A stretch of 31,652 bases of DNA from Nitrospirota bacterium (GTDB taxonomy: Bacteria > Nitrospirota > Thermodesulfovibrionia > Thermodesulfovibrionales > Dissulfurispiraceae). Shown here in pieces: positions 10,610 through 20,694 of this stretch. Position numbers and translations under genes: made by a program. The first letter of the stretch is position 1, and the number at the start of each line of letters is the position of its first letter. The stretch is from the NCBI GenBank assembly GCA_013349595.1, contig DUZI01000001.1, positions 1 through 31,652 on the forward strand, written 5' to 3'. The notes under the pieces were generated by a model. The model saw nothing but the letters and a program-made list of their open reading frames with translations. It had not been told where the DNA came from and made no database searches.

Positions 10610-12694
10610 CTAATACTTCTCAAATTCTCTATCTTCAGCATCGCCCTTGTCTTCACCCAGATTTATAATAGTACCTTTCGTTTTTACATCTGTCTTTTTA
10701 ACAACAGGTGTCCTGTTTGGTGTATTGTGGGTTATCTGCTCTAATCTTCCTGTTAATGTCTTCTGCCTCTTCACCCTTGCTCCCCTGCCTCCACCTGTCA
10801 CACTATCATCAAGCCTGAAAAACCCTATGCTGTCCTGTAACTGCTCCGCCTGTGATGACAACTCTTCTGCAGTTGATGCAAGTTCCTCTGCTGCCCCAGC
10901 ATTCTGCTGTACTACCTGATCTAATTGCTGTATTGCCCTATTTATCTGTTCTGCACCAGCCTTCTGCTCGTTGCTTGCACTGCTTATCTCCTGTACTAAT
11001 TCAGCGGTCTTTTGAATGTCTGGGACTAACTTCTTAAGCATCTCACCTGCCCTTTCAGCAACCTGTGTGCTTGTGGCAGAGAGTTGACTTATCTCACCTG
11101 CAGCAGCTTGTGACCTCTCTGCAAGCTTTCTAACCTCTGATGCAACAACTGCAAAGCCCTTACCATGTTCACCTGCTCGAGCTGCCTCAATTGCTGCGTT
11201 AAGTGCCAATAGATTTGTCTGCCTTGCTATCTCTTCAATTATACTTATCTTTCCTGCAATCTCTTTCATGGCACTGACAGCCTCATTAACCGCCTGTCCG
11301 CTCTCTTTTGCATCCTCCGCAGCCTTTAAGGCAATCTTTTCTGTCTGTAAGGCATTATCAGCGTTTTGTTTAATGTTACTACTCATCTGCTCCATTGATG
11401 ATGATGTCTCTTCTACTGATGCAGCCTGCTCAGTTGCACCTTGAGATATAGTCTGAGCGCTACTATTTAATTCATTACTACCTGTTGCTACATTGTCCGC
11501 TGCAGTCTTTACCTCTCCAACGATTTCCCTTATCTTCTTAACCATATCCATCAAAGATCTGATTAGCTCATCATCTCCTGACCTTTCCTTTAAATCAATC
11601 ATTAGATTTCCATTTGCAACCTCTTTTGCACCATCTATTATCTTCTTAGTTGCATCAATTAAAAAGTTCAGATTATTTTTAATTGTATTAAAATCACCTG
11701 CATATTCTTTCGTAATAGTTGGCGGCATAATACCCTTACTTATCTTATCAACATAATCAGCGGCAACATTTAGAGGTCCAATCACAGCATCAAGGGTGTC
11801 ATTTACTCCTTTGACTACATTATAAAACTCTCCATGATGTTTAGATGCATCTGCCCTTGTTGCAAGTCTGCCCTCAACAGCCGCCTTAGCTAACATATTT
11901 GCATCAGCTACAAGTGCATTAATTGCACCCACCATCTGTTTCATCTCTGCCATTAATTGCCCTGTCTCATCCTTTCTGCTGTCATCAAGGGTTACATTCA
12001 TATTACCAGATGCAATCTGCTTTGCAGCATCCATACACTCGCTAATTGGTTTTTTAATGCTCCTTACAATCCAGAAGGCAAAACCTATAGCAAGTAATAT
12101 AGAAATAACTGCAATTATGATAATAAAATTTATTGTTGTACGATAAAGTTCTTCTGCCTTTTTGCCTTCTTCTTGCATGAGTTTGGTTTGATAGTCTATT
12201 AAATCAACGACTCTCTTAAAGTATTCTGTCTGCACTGACCTAAGCTTACCTAATAGCAATGTTGTAGCTTCTTTGTTTTTATGTTGTAATGCAAGAGATG
12301 CAGCCTCTCTTTGTAAAGGTATAAACTGAGCCCTTATCTCTTCAATGGCAGCAAGTCTTTTTTTATCTTCTTCAGAATGAATAGTCTTTTTTAGTTTTTC
12401 AAGTCTATCAACAATAATACTTCTTGCATCCTCAATTCTCTTCTCCTCAGCCTTCATCTCACTTTCACTATCAACCAATACCATGTTTCTCATAGCCCTT
12501 GCGATAATATTTAGATTATCAATAATATCATTTGCCCAGACGACCTTTGGAAATCTGTCATTGACAATTTTGTCAATGGTCTCTCCAATATTAGCAAGCC
12601 TTGTTACTGCAAGTAGTGAGATAATGACCAGTGATAATATCACTAAACCAAAACCAAGCCCTAACCTCGTACCAATCTTCATGTTCTTAAACAT
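10610..12694 (-). CDS. Methyl-accepting chemotaxis protein (four-helix sensor, HAMPs, probably 34H class) with C-terminal pentapeptide EFEKY
   Basis: Two TMs, HAMP repeats, [27 protein letters not shown] tip, [15 protein letters not shown], terminal F-x-x-Y tether motif. Confidence 0.95.
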   Translation of the reverse strand: MFKNMKIGTRLGLGFGLVILSLVIISLLAVTRLANIGETIDKIVNDRFPKVVWANDIIDNLNIIARAMRNMVLVDSESEMKAEEKRIEDARSIIVDRLEKLKKTIHSEEDKKRLAAIEEIRAQFIPLQREAASLALQHKNKEATTLLLGKLRSVQTEYFKRVVDLIDYQTKLMQEEGKKAEELYRTTINFIIIIAVISILLAIGFAFWIVRSIKKPISECMDAAKQIASGNMNVTLDDSRKDETGQLMAEMKQMVGAINALVADANMLAKAAVEGRLATRADASKHHGEFYNVVKGVNDTLDAVIGPLNVAADYVDKISKGIMPPTITKEYAGDFNTIKNNLNFLIDATKKIIDGAKEVANGNLMIDLKERSGDDELIRSLMDMVKKIREIVGEVKTAADNVATGSNELNSSAQTISQGATEQAASVEETSSSMEQMSSNIKQNADNALQTEKIALKAAEDAKESGQAVNEAVSAMKEIAGKISIIEEIARQTNLLALNAAIEAARAGEHGKGFAVVASEVRKLAERSQAAAGEISQLSATSTQVAERAGEMLKKLVPDIQKTAELVQEISSASNEQKAGAEQINRAIQQLDQVVQQNAGAAEELASTAEELSSQAEQLQDSIGFFRLDDSVTGGGRGARVKRQKTLTGRLEQITHNTPNRTPVVKKTDVKTKGTIINLGEDKGDAEDREFEKY

Positions 12695-12720
12695 ATTGCC
12701 TCCTTATTACTTTAGATTAA

Positions 12721-13306
12721 TTAATGAAATACCTGTAATCTATTCTTACCACTTACAAGTCTAAACGATTCCAGCAACACCTCCTTAACATTTTCGATTA
12801 ATGGTTTGTCATGACCTGAATAAATTACCTTTAAATTTAAATTATCCAAAAACTCACAAAAGACTTCATCATAAGTAACATCTTGACTTAAGCCCCTTAT
12901 GGGTGTGTCTCCACTAAATAACACACCTTCGCTCTTACATAAAGACAGATTGAATCACTTGAATGAACAGGGCAATGAATAACCTCAAAATACCTGTCAC
13001 CAACTCTTATACTTTGACCATTTTTTAGTATTTCATCAATACCTTGAGCCTCCACATAAGCAAATACAGTGGGATTATATCTCTGCTTGATAGCCATCAA
13101 TCCACCTGTGTGATCAAAAGTATCACTTGATCTATTCTCTTTTTGCCTACGCCTGTGTTTATCTGCTCTATCTCTTCAATTATTGTGTCATCAGTGCCCA
13201 CATCTATTAGTGTGTTCACATCGTCAAGGGTATTCCAATCTCCAAGTATGAGATAAGGATTAGCTGAATATATCTTCTTGCTCTTGTTTAGACATATGAT
13301 CCTCAT
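12721..13306 (-). pseudogene. MBL-fold metallo-hydrolase pseudogene (two frameshifts)
   Basis: Three consecutive ORF fragments join into LIDVGT...VIL/FDHTGGL...HCPVHSSDSICLY/EGVLFSGDTP; the THxH part of the HxHxDH motif is missing at the first break (~13115) and the second break is at ~12930. Confidence 0.85.
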
Positions 13307-13332
13307 TTTTTGCTATTTAAATCCTCTTTTTA

Positions 13333-13930
13333 TCATCGTCTCCTAAATACTTGTCCCTCACCTGAAACCTGTTCAAAGAGGTGAGAGAGTTCAGGGGGTA
13401 TCTTTTGGGTCTGCTCTGTGGCAAATATACCACCTGTTACAAAAGATTTTTGAAACATCTTTATGACCTCCACCCTTTCAAGTCGTTGTAAATGAAGAGG
13501 GACATTTTTACATATTATCAGATTAAAATTAAAGTTATTGCTTATGGGTTGAAAGCTTAAGAGGTCATGCTTTTGATAAATTGTCCTCTCTCTTATGGCA
13601 TCAATTACCTTGTAATAGCCATTTCTTTGAGAAGGTGCAAAATACTTATCAAAGATCTCCCTATCTACTCTTTCAAGGTCTTCTCTTTTGTATTCCCCAG
13701 ACTTTACTATATCACCAAAGTCTGGGCTTTCCTCCTTATCGGTTGCGTAAATTATTTTTGTAACCAAAATAACCGAGTTTTTCAGCTAATACAATTGCAA
13801 TCGTATATGTCTCCTGCCCCATTGCACAACCGGCATCCCAAATCTTTAGAGAACCCTTAAAATCTTGTAATAGATACTTTACGGCTAAATCTATGACCTG
13901 AATATCTCTAAAGAAATATGTAAATGCCAA
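13333..13930 (-). pseudogene. Short CheR-like methyltransferase (catalytic domain only), frameshifted
   Basis: FTYFFRD, IWDAGCAMGQETYTIA in one frame; IYATD...LIICKNV in another; break near 13755-13765; TTG start with GAGG upstream. Confidence 0.85.
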
Positions 13931-14298
13931 TTAGGCCTCAACAAAGGATTTGTTCTTTATTTCCAATTCCCAGTCAGATATATGTGCTATCAAAATTTAT
14001 CCCCGATAAAAATACCTTTTTATGCCTATAAGTCAAATGACAGTCCTTTTGATTAATCTGCTTAAGCGCTATCTCTTCATAAGGATTATAAACTTTTCCA
14101 TCTCTTACTAAAAACCTGTGTTATAATCTCTTACCTTACATCTTCATAGGTCATTTTGTTCACTTTTGAAAAATGTAATCTCCTAAATCTATATCAAATT
14201 CCCCATCAGTGATACCAAAAGTCTGCATATTCTTGAATCATGGTAATGTCTTTATTTAACTCTGAAAAGATGCCTGCTCTTGAAAACCTACTAACCAT
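13931..14298 (-). pseudogene. Possible heavily degraded gene remnant
   Basis: ATG 6 nt after the cheA stop; protein-like segments in changing frames (e.g. LVRDGKVYNPYEEIALKQ, ILIAHISDWELEIK); last stop abuts the next start codon. Confidence 0.3.
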
Positions 14299-14304
14299 AG
14301 ATTG

Positions 14305-16479
14305 CTATTTTTTGCCTAATTCTTCCTTCTCAAAGGAATGAACCAAGTGTGGCACATCTATGATTAACGCCACTGTGCCATCACCAAGAATAGTGGCACC
14401 TGAAATGCCTTCAATCTGCCTAAATATCTTGCTGAGCGACTTGATTACTGCCTGAACCTCCCCAAAGAGTTCATCCACAATAAGTCCTGTCTTATTTCCA
14501 CCATATTGAACTATTACGATGTTTTCAAACTTTAAATCAATCTTCCTTTCATTGAAGAAGTCTCTTAACCTTATAAACGGTAATACCTCACCCCTTAAAT
14601 TAATATATTTCTTGGTGAGGGCTTCATTTCTTGCAGAATCAGAAAGCTCAACACACTCAACTATCATATCAAGAGGTATTACATACCTTGAATCACCTAC
14701 ACCAACCATAAATCCATCAATAATTGCCAATGTAAGTGGTAATCTTATCTGGACTGTAGTCCCCTTGCCCTCTTGACTCTTCATACCAACATTGCCGCGA
14801 AGTGCCTCAATATTCTTTCTTACTACATCCATGCCCACACCCCTGCCTGAGAACTTTGTGACCTTCTCAGCAGTAGAAAAACCAGGCTCAAAGACAAGGC
14901 GAAATATCTCACTTTCAGAGAGATTTACCCCTTGGGTGATTAATCCCCTATCAATGGCCTTCTGTAAAATCTTATCCTTTGCAAGCCCCTTGCCGTCATC
15001 AACAACCTCTATTACAATACTCCCTGCGTCATGGTAAGCATTGAGCAATATGGTGCCACGCCTTGGTTTTCCTATAGATTCTCTTACTTCTGGGATTTCG
15101 ATTCCATGGTCAGCAGCATTTCTAACAAGATGCATTAAAGGGTCACCAATCTTTTCTATGACAGTCTTGTCCAGCTCTGTATCACCACCATTTATGACCA
15201 AATCAATCTCCTTGCCAAAATCTTTGCTGATATCCCTGACAATCCTGTTAAATTTATTAAAAGTTTCTGCTATAGGCACCATCCTGATGGTCATTGCATT
15301 GTCCCTGATGTCTTCAACAAGTCGAGACATTACAGATACAGACTCAAAAAGACCTGAATCTTTAATCCTATTTGAATGTTGGGCTACATTTGCATAGGCA
15401 ATGACCAATTCACCAACCGTATTGATGAGCATATCAAGCTTGTTTGCATCAATCTTAAGTGTGCTTGCCTCATGAGACTTTACCTCAATAGCCTTCTTTT
15501 GTTTCTCAACGGCAGCGGAGACTACCTCAGGATGAACCATCCTTTCCTTGACAAGGATCTCACCTAAGGGGACTAACTTATGTGCCTCTTTGTCCTCCGA
15601 CCTTGACTGTAATTTTAAAGCCTCTTCGAGTTCTGCCTCTGTGAGTGCACCTCCTTTAACAAGTAATTCACCAAGCCTTAAAGGGTCTTCAGGCAGGTTA
15701 TTTATAAATTTTACATAATCTTCAATTTTGCTATGAGGTGGTAATATATGTATATCACAATCTTCACGAACAAACTCAAAGACATCTTCGATATCCTTTT
15801 TTAAAAAATCACACTTAAAGTCAATCTCAAAACCAAGATAACAACTCTCAGGGTCAATCTCACTTATCATAGGAATCTTCTCTGTAAGGGTAGTGATATA
15901 GATAATCTCTCCCATTCTCGTCAAATAATTGATAAAAGATAGAGGATCCATCCCACTTCTTAAGACATCCTTGCCAAACCGAAGTGATATATGCCATGTA
16001 TCAGCACCAATGCATTGTAATTGCTGTGTAGGCAAATCGGCTTTGTCATCTACTTGAGTTATTTCTATTGGCTTTTCTTGTGGTTTTAAGCCAAGATACC
16101 TTTCAAGCTGAACTGTAAGAACCTTTTCAAACTCTATAGATGAAGGACCTGTCTCACTCCTTTCGGGTAGTTCAATGAGTGATGTGATATGGTCTCTACA
16201 TTTAAGCAGCAAATCAATGAGTTCATTATCAATCTTTAACTCTCCCTGCCTTACCTTTTCAAGGACACTCTCTACCTTGTGGGTGAATTTTTCAACCATG
16301 TCAAGTCCAATGATACCTGCTGAACCTTTTATAGTGTGAGCTGCCCTAAAGAGTGCATTAATCGTTGCTTCATCTTGAGGATTACCCTCAAGCACTAAAA
16401 GGGCACTTTCCATCTCCTGAAGTGAATCTGCACTTTCAGAAATAAAAACCTTACGGGTTATATCAAGATCAAGATCCAT
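14305..16479 (-). CDS. cheA: CheA histidine kinase with an MshEN-like insertion
   Basis: Hpt FRAAHTIKG, HLVRNAADHG, DDGKG, GFSTA...SGRGVGMDVV, C-terminal CheW-like P5 domain. Confidence 0.97.
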   Translation of the reverse strand: MDLDLDITRKVFISESADSLQEMESALLVLEGNPQDEATINALFRAAHTIKGSAGIIGLDMVEKFTHKVESVLEKVRQGELKIDNELIDLLLKCRDHITSLIELPERSETGPSSIEFEKVLTVQLERYLGLKPQEKPIEITQVDDKADLPTQQLQCIGADTWHISLRFGKDVLRSGMDPLSFINYLTRMGEIIYITTLTEKIPMISEIDPESCYLGFEIDFKCDFLKKDIEDVFEFVREDCDIHILPPHSKIEDYVKFINNLPEDPLRLGELLVKGGALTEAELEEALKLQSRSEDKEAHKLVPLGEILVKERMVHPEVVSAAVEKQKKAIEVKSHEASTLKIDANKLDMLINTVGELVIAYANVAQHSNRIKDSGLFESVSVMSRLVEDIRDNAMTIRMVPIAETFNKFNRIVRDISKDFGKEIDLVINGGDTELDKTVIEKIGDPLMHLVRNAADHGIEIPEVRESIGKPRRGTILLNAYHDAGSIVIEVVDDGKGLAKDKILQKAIDRGLITQGVNLSESEIFRLVFEPGFSTAEKVTKFSGRGVGMDVVRKNIEALRGNVGMKSQEGKGTTVQIRLPLTLAIIDGFMVGVGDSRYVIPLDMIVECVELSDSARNEALTKKYINLRGEVLPFIRLRDFFNERKIDLKFENIVIVQYGGNKTGLIVDELFGEVQAVIKSLSKIFRQIEGISGATILGDGTVALIIDVPHLVHSFEKEELGKK

Positions 16480-16790
16480 TAGTTTCCTCCTCCATGAGGC
16501 AATAAATATTCTGAAACCCTATATAATTCCATCAAGGTATTGACAGCGTCACTTTTATCTTTGATAACAAAGCCCTTGCCTTCGGACTCGCATTGTTTCT
16601 TAAGTGCTACAATAATCTGAAAACCTGATGAGTCAATCTCCGATACCATTGACAAATCAATCTCTAAAGTTGAAAGACTAAATATATCAGGATTTTTAAG
16701 AGAATTAGTAATCTCTTGGGCATTAAATATATTCATCTCTCCATCTATAGTTACTATCACCTTGTCAGATTTTTTTTCAATTTGAACCAT
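16479..16790 (-). CDS. STAS domain protein
   Basis: IDGEMNIF...IDLSMVSEIDSSGFQ; TAATG overlap with cheA. Confidence 0.9.
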   Translation of the reverse strand: MVQIEKKSDKVIVTIDGEMNIFNAQEITNSLKNPDIFSLSTLEIDLSMVSEIDSSGFQIIVALKKQCESEGKGFVIKDKSDAVNTLMELYRVSEYLLPHGGGN

Positions 16791-16793
16791 CAG

Positions 16794-17270
16794 TTAACCT
16801 TCCTTTTGTATTTGATTATCTAAAAAAAGCAAAAATTCTTTTAATTCAATTATAAAATCATTTGTAACCTGCCTGTGTTTTTTAATTAAGAAATCAATCT
16901 TGTCTTTCTTCAACTCAAAGCCATAGATATTTCTAAAGAGATGCCTAAAAGAGAGATAATCATAAAGTTGTCCTGCTAAACTGTTAGATATTAAGGCAGG
17001 TCGAATCCCATCAATATTAATAGTCATTTTATAAAGAAGCGCCTTATGCCATCTATCAGACTCATCAAGAGAACCATTCATTTCAAAGGCGACCTTTTTA
17101 AAAATCCTTTCACAGCAATTATAAAAATCATGTAAGATTGAACCTTTACTCCTTAAATACACAGGGGTATTTTTTGACTTTATGGCACCTAATTCATCGG
17201 AGAGCCTTTCAAGGTTTTCCAACTCTTTTACAATCTCAGCCTTTAATGTCAATAATATTATTCTATCCAA
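16794..17270 (-). CDS. HEPN (HepT-like) ribonuclease toxin candidate
   Basis: LHDFYNCCERIF, WHKALL, FRHLFRNIYG; directly downstream of an MNT gene. Confidence 0.8.
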   Translation of the reverse strand: MDRIILLTLKAEIVKELENLERLSDELGAIKSKNTPVYLRSKGSILHDFYNCCERIFKKVAFEMNGSLDESDRWHKALLYKMTINIDGIRPALISNSLAGQLYDYLSFRHLFRNIYGFELKKDKIDFLIKKHRQVTNDFIIELKEFLLFLDNQIQKEG

Positions 17271-17583
17271 TCCTTACACCCCTTGTGATTACATAGTCCT
17301 TAAAATCATTAGTAAGGTCTTCAAAGGGTTTTAAATCTATCTGAAAATCACTCTCCCTGATTAACAAGGCATAGGCTTTAAAGAAATCCTCTGCACTCAA
17401 GCCTTTTATGACCAAGTCAATATCTGAATGTCTGTGAAAACCCTCTTTTAATATTGAGCCACATAGATATAATTCATCAAAGACAAAGCTATCTTTTAAG
17501 AGGGATACAAGCCTGTCAATACCTTTTATAGCCCTTTGTCTATGGGCTTGACGCCTTTCTCTTATAACAGAGAGCAGAGACAT
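17263..17583 (-). CDS. Minimal nucleotidyltransferase (MNT/MntA-like antitoxin)
   Basis: GS...SDIDLVI and a third Asp in IDL; 106 aa; overlaps the HEPN start. Confidence 0.85.
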   Translation of the reverse strand: MSLLSVIRERRQAHRQRAIKGIDRLVSLLKDSFVFDELYLCGSILKEGFHRHSDIDLVIKGLSAEDFFKAYALLIRESDFQIDLKPFEDLTNDFKDYVITRGVRIG

Positions 17584-17587
17584 TGTT

Positions 17588-17956
17588 TTAAGGTAATATT
17601 AGCTTTTCAATTGCTGAAAGCATCTGCTCAGGCTTGAAAGGCTTTACTACCCATGCCTTTGCACCTGCTGCCCTACCTTCCTGTTTCTTTGCCTCTTGAG
17701 ATTCTGTGGTGAGCATTATTACTGGTGTGAACTTATAGTTAGGTTTGTTTTTAAGCTCTTTTAAGAAGGTTATACCATCCATATTTGGCATGTTAACATC
17801 ACAAATTATAAGATTTACCTTTTGACCTGTGAGCTTATATAGTGCATCTTTTCCATCAGTTGCCTCAATAACATCATAACCTGCTTTTTTTAATGTTACA
17901 GATACTACTTGTCTTAATGTTGCAGAATCATCAATTATCATAATTGTCTTTGCCAT
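17588..17956 (-). CDS. cheY: CheY single-domain response regulator
   Basis: IIDDS, ICDVNMP, MLTTES, VVKPF. Confidence 0.93.
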   Translation of the reverse strand: MAKTIMIIDDSATLRQVVSVTLKKAGYDVIEATDGKDALYKLTGQKVNLIICDVNMPNMDGITFLKELKNKPNYKFTPVIMLTTESQEAKKQEGRAAGAKAWVVKPFKPEQMLSAIEKLILP

Positions 17957-17969
17957 CTTATCCCCTTAT

Positions 17970-19271
17970 TTAAAAAAACTCAATATTATCAGAAGACTTC
18001 TTTGCCTTGCCACCTTTTTCAACTATTCTATCGTTTATAACTGAGTCATGTATGTCCCTTTGTTTCTGCATTACATAGTGTTTTATTATCTCATTTACAT
18101 CAAAATCAGGTATTTTGCATTTGTCAGGACAATAATCAGTTACAGTTATGCACTCCTTCAGTTGTTTCAAATAATTATTAATCCCCTCAAGGCATTTGAT
18201 CACCTGCTCTATCTGTTGTCTTGTTATGTCCTGGAATTGGACATTTGCAAGCATATTTAAGATCTTTGAAGAGACCTCTTCAGCACTTTCACCAACCTGT
18301 TGGAATATCTGTTCATTTAAGTGATTTAACAGCCTGTAACTATCTGCAAGGGCTGTCAACTGCATCTCAAGTCTTCTTAAAATGCCCTCCTCTTCTTTAT
18401 GCATCTGTTCGTCTAATTTCTCGGCAAACTGCTTTTCTATGCTCTTTGCCATCTTGATAATTGCGTGACCAACTTGTGATGCTGCATTTTCAGACTGCAT
18501 AGAGAGCTTTCTCACCTCATCTGCCACTACTGCAAAGCCCCTCCCCTGTTCACCTGCTCTTGCTGCCTCAATTGCTGCATTAAGGGCAAGTAGGTTTGTC
18601 TGATCAGAGATGTCTTTGAGTAATTGCACAAGTTTTGTCATAGAATCTGCATCTTGCTTGAGTAAATTTACGATATTTTTATCTTTTTCGAGTTCCTCAA
18701 TCCTTTTGTTTATATAACCCCTTAATTCATTAATAGCTGTTTCATTATGGTCCATCGTAAGGTGTGTCTCTTTAGCAAATTCTTCACTATGAACCTTTAA
18801 ATCATTAAGCCTCCTAATCAACTCATTCATACTTGTGTCAACTGATTGGGCATTGTTGATAACACCTACCGCAGCATCGTCTGTCTCTGCAACAACATTA
18901 AGAAGGTGAGCCTTTGTTAATTCATTTGTTTCATTCAGAGACTTGCAAAAGGATATACATTTATCTCGTCTTGTTTTTATTGTAGCGGAGTTGTTAAATA
19001 AATGCTTAATAAAACCCTTTTGATTAGTAGATATTCTTCTAAAATACCATCTCCAAAAAAAAACTGAATATGAAAAAACTGTTATTGCTGTGAGAGATAC
19101 TATTAGAATATGCTTGATAGATGTATTAGGTTTATCAAAGATAAAACTGATGAAACTATCAATAAATTCATCAGTAATTATCGCAAACAACGCTGTTACT
19201 GCAATTACTGCAAAAAAAAGTATCAAATAAAGTTTCTTATATTTATCTAAATCAGCTAAAACTGTTTGCAT
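17970..19271 (-). CDS. MCP-like protein with a short signalling domain and a CheZ-like C-terminal motif
   Basis: Two N-terminal TMs, [33 protein letters not shown] tip, QFQDITRQQ motif, terminal DNIEFF. Confidence 0.85.
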   Translation of the reverse strand: MQTVLADLDKYKKLYLILFFAVIAVTALFAIITDEFIDSFISFIFDKPNTSIKHILIVSLTAITVFSYSVFFWRWYFRRISTNQKGFIKHLFNNSATIKTRRDKCISFCKSLNETNELTKAHLLNVVAETDDAAVGVINNAQSVDTSMNELIRRLNDLKVHSEEFAKETHLTMDHNETAINELRGYINKRIEELEKDKNIVNLLKQDADSMTKLVQLLKDISDQTNLLALNAAIEAARAGEQGRGFAVVADEVRKLSMQSENAASQVGHAIIKMAKSIEKQFAEKLDEQMHKEEEGILRRLEMQLTALADSYRLLNHLNEQIFQQVGESAEEVSSKILNMLANVQFQDITRQQIEQVIKCLEGINNYLKQLKECITVTDYCPDKCKIPDFDVNEIIKHYVMQKQRDIHDSVINDRIVEKGGKAKKSSDNIEFF

Positions 19272-19360
19272 TTTTACCTTTTATGAGAAATTTTATTTTG
19301 AAAATGGCTTACCATCTTAACAATTAGCATTAACAATAGTCAATTTTTCCCTCCAACCTT

Positions 19361-19563
19361 AAAATAGTGCTTAGGAAGGGCTGTTTCAGGATTTTTATAA
19401 TCGACAGATTTTATTTATAATTTTGATTTATACATTAAAATCAATGCCTTATGACAAAGCCCTACAAACTTTTTTTTATAAGGTGTCGTATAAAAATTCC
19501 ACACCAGCCCTTCCTATCTTAGTTGCTACTTTTACTAAGCTTTTAAGTTCTATCGCTATTTTT
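19361..19563 (+). repeat. Family A repeat, copy 4
   Basis: Same orientation as copy 1; AAAATAGTGCTTAGGAAGGGCTGTTTCAGG ... GTTCTATCGCTATTTTT. Confidence 0.92.
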
Positions 19564-19573
19564 GGGTTTTCTG

Positions 19574-19602
19574 TTGCTATATGAAGATATCATTGTTAAA
19601 AT
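19574..19602 (+). promoter_or_regulatory. Putative sigma70 promoter for the glycan cluster
   Basis: TTGCTA-N17-TAAAAT, 75 nt upstream of the ATG at 19678; AT-rich context lowers specificity. Confidence 0.4.
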
Positions 19603-19677
19603 ATCAACCACCTTAAACATGAAAGTCCTTATTCTTTCAATTAAGCAGAATTATGTCAATAAATCTATTAGAAAACC

Positions 19678-20694
19678 ATGAAATCTTTGAGGTCAACTTT
19701 TATCAAACAATGTAAACTCTGTAACACAGAAGGTGTAATTTTATATAAAGCCCTTACAGACATCTTAGGCACTATCGAAGGCTCTTGGGATGTAAATAAA
19801 TGCCCTAATTGTGGACTTCAATGGCTAATCCCAATGCCCATTAGTGATGACATCTACCTTGCCTATTCAGAGTATCCCACTCATGAATATGAAAGAATTA
19901 AAAATAAGTCTCTAAAAGAAAGGATTAAATTAGGATACCTTGCAAATAAATATGGTTATACAAAAGAAAAGGTCAATTTAATTGATAAAATCTTGGGCTT
20001 AATCCTTCTACCCTTTCCTTTTAAAAGGGTCTCCCTTGACTTTTGGTTTAATGTGCTAAAAGGAATAAAGGGTAAAGGTAGATTGCTTGATATAGGTTGC
20101 GGCAATGGGGAGTTAGTTGAGATGATGAATAATTGGGGCTGGCAGGCAGAGGGAATTGAAGTTGATTACAAGGCAGTTGATGTTGCCAGGTCAAGAGGAC
20201 TTAAGGTTACTCAAGGTGACTTTCTTGAAATTGATTTGTCTCTTGAAGCCTTTGATGCTATAATATCAAGCCATGTCTTTGAGCATGTTTATGAACCAAT
20301 TGACTTTTTAAAAAAGTGTTATAAGGCAATCAAACCAAATGGTATCATTTGCATAGCCACACCTAATTCAGAATCACTACAAAATAGTATATTTAAAAAA
20401 AACTGGATGGCTCTTGATGCACCAAGACATCTTTATCTTTACAATCCATCATCTATGGCTCTATGTGCTAAAAAAGCTAATATTAATTACTATGAAATAA
20501 AGACTACCTCTCGTGGAAGTCGCTTTATTGCCTCAGCAAGCCTTATGATCCAAAAGACTGGTCAGTATCATTGGAATGATAAAATTGATTTTCATGGTTT
20601 CTTTTTTTCAAACACCATCGAACTTTTGGAATATATAATACTTTTATATAAAAAAAACAAAGGCGTTGAGATGCTCTTTATTGCAAGAAAATGA
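19678..20694 (+). CDS. Class I SAM-dependent methyltransferase with an N-terminal CxxC-CxxC ribbon
   Basis: CKLC...CPNCG, LLDIGCGNG, SHVFEHV, DAPRHL. Confidence 0.88.
   Translation: MKSLRSTFIKQCKLCNTEGVILYKALTDILGTIEGSWDVNKCPNCGLQWLIPMPISDDIYLAYSEYPTHEYERIKNKSLKERIKLGYLANKYGYTKEKVNLIDKILGLILLPFPFKRVSLDFWFNVLKGIKGKGRLLDIGCGNGELVEMMNNWGWQAEGIEVDYKAVDVARSRGLKVTQGDFLEIDLSLEAFDAIISSHVFEHVYEPIDFLKKCYKAIKPNGIICIATPNSESLQNSIFKKNWMALDAPRHLYLYNPSSMALCAKKANINYYEIKTTSRGSRFIASASLMIQKTGQYHWNDKIDFHGFFFSNTIELLEYIILLYKKNKGVEMLFIARK

Noticed and set aside
12721-13930. Treating the five ORF fragments as separate small genes
   Set aside because: Their motifs join across frames into two known folds, so they are pseudogene pieces
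16880-16960. Calling the HEPN protein inactive because RHLFRN lacks a second His
   Set aside because: RHxxRNxY variants occur in HepT-like proteins as I recall them; activity cannot be decided from sequence
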